Shown here: in pieces, positions 60,235 through 64,000 of the stretch
How positions within the stretch are numbered: the stretch's first letter is position 1
How the letters are laid out: each line of letters starts with the position of its first letter
Assembly: GCA_905178155.1 (NCBI GenBank)
Contig: CAJINV010000015.1
Location: forward strand, 519,309 to 583,308
DNA: 64,000 nucleotides
Direction of reading: 5' to 3'
Source: Amoebophrya sp. A120
Lineage: Eukaryota > Protista > Dinoflagellata
Notes under the pieces: generated by a model
The model's database searches: none
The model's input: the letters and a program-made list of their open reading frames with translations, nothing else
Told to the model about the DNA's origin: nothing
Position numbers and translations under genes: made by a program

Positions 60235-61186
60235 GGTGACTGTCCTTGATGTACTAGGTGCAGCTAGAGGTAGTTGGGTCCCATTGTTCAGACAGTATGA
60301 GGGACATAAACGCGTAAATGTAGCAGTTGCTGAATATATCAAGAAGCTACTGAAGTGACAAAGCGATCATGTTATTGGAGCAAGTACTAGATGAAGAAAT
60401 CAAAATCATAAGGCGGAAGGGCCGAAGAAAAGCTAGTACAGGGGAGAAATAAATAAGGCTAGTAGAGGATGAATGGGAAGAGGCGCGACTAGGGGGGTCC
60501 AAAGAAAGCGAGATGCTGTGGGCCTCACGGTGAAAAGACAAAAGATGGAAGTAGAGATCAACACTCGTGTCGTGATGAACGCTTTGCTCACGTGTTTTTT
60601 TTTGTTCGTCTCAATTATACCTAGGACCGAAATGTATTTCTCTTGATGCTGCTGCACAACATGAAGGTGTCGAACCGACAAGCTTTTCTGATGCTTCACG
60701 ATCGAAAAGAACTTCCTGCAGATCCGATTAGTTTCATCTCTTAAGTATTGTGTCTGTCGATCCATTTCATTATCTCCAAATTCTCCTGCCTCCGCAGAGC
60801 GTACATTTGGAAGCACGGCCCGCAGCGCTTTTCGCCGAAGCCTGCTTGTTCTTTTGAGACCTTCATGTATGAGGATGCGAAGCGCGACACGGCTACAATA
60901 ATTTTCAGTAGACTTCATCTTGCGTAAGAATTGTTACTGATAAAGCGCAGGAAAAAATGACAACTCTACGGGTTATTTTCCTCAGAAGGTCCTTTTCTTC
61001 GTTGGTTCCGTAGTTACTTTTCACTTGGTTTTTGAATACACAAAAGACACAACGGCCACCCCTTCTGATGTAGAAGAAGGTAGCTCGCTCATGTCTTCAA
61101 GAGCTAAGAGTGCAAGACAACCAGGCTACTTGTACTTACTTCTTAGCAGCTGCCGTTGCTTGAACTCTTCCCCAGCAGATGTTGAC

Positions 61187-63605
<2,419 letters not shown>

Positions 63606-64000
63606 TATGGCGAAGAAAAAGTGTTAACGTTAAAAACGGAATCATGAGCAAATTGATTTCCAGCGAAGTTCCCTAATGCAACTCTTCACCCGATCGCTCT
63701 GGACTAGAGGTCGCCTGCAATTTATACTGCGTTGTCGGTCGGCAAGTGCCAATCGAGCACCGGGAGAAATGCGTTACGTGTCATGCAGTTGCCGATGAAA
63801 CCGACAAAGTAATCGTCGACGTCCGTAGTTTCTCGCAGAAAAATGTTAAAGCGATACTGCTTGGCATTATGCATTTTTGCAAATATCTTTATTTTAGTGC
63901 CAAGATAGAAAGATGCAACTTTGCGTGAAGGCTGCAAAAGCTGGACCTTTGGACGTCGCCGAACCCAGTGAGCATTCTATTTCTAATGAAAAACATCAAA
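63606..64000. mobile_element. Introner family F left end followed by unrelated insert running off the window
   Basis: TATGGCGAAGAAAAAGTGTTAACG then non-F sequence; other TIR not in window. Confidence 0.55.

Noticed and set aside
60433-60918. 161-aa minus-strand ORF
   Set aside because: No recognisable motif or introner support; may be UTR or intergenic

Overview
Eukaryotic genomic DNA, most likely from a Syndiniales/Amoebophrya-like parasitic dinoflagellate. This is inferred from architecture, not from a database search. Every gene I can reconstruct lies on the minus strand: ALG8, a PLOD-type glycosyltransferase, SMC1, a SAM-methyltransferase-domain protein, a DEAD-box helicase, aspartate aminotransferase, duplicated EF-hand genes and several unknown membrane or secreted proteins. 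About 90 MITE-like 'introner' elements interrupt these genes. They fall into at least 10 families (my labels A-J; mostly 110-320 bp). They have TAT(G/C)...(G/C)ATA terminal inverted repeats (TIRs), a 5-bp target-site duplication (TSD) and a shared internal TTGT(C/G/A)ATGC motif. Removing element plus one TSD restores the reading frame and conserved motifs wherever I traced it by hand, although most junctions are not GT-AG. Elements of the same family occur in both orientations in one gene. Also present: nested introners, a SINE-like insert, a Helentron-like insert, a minisatellite insert, an empty-versus-filled paralogous site and a probable 2-nt microexon. All gene models are manual and have no transcript support.
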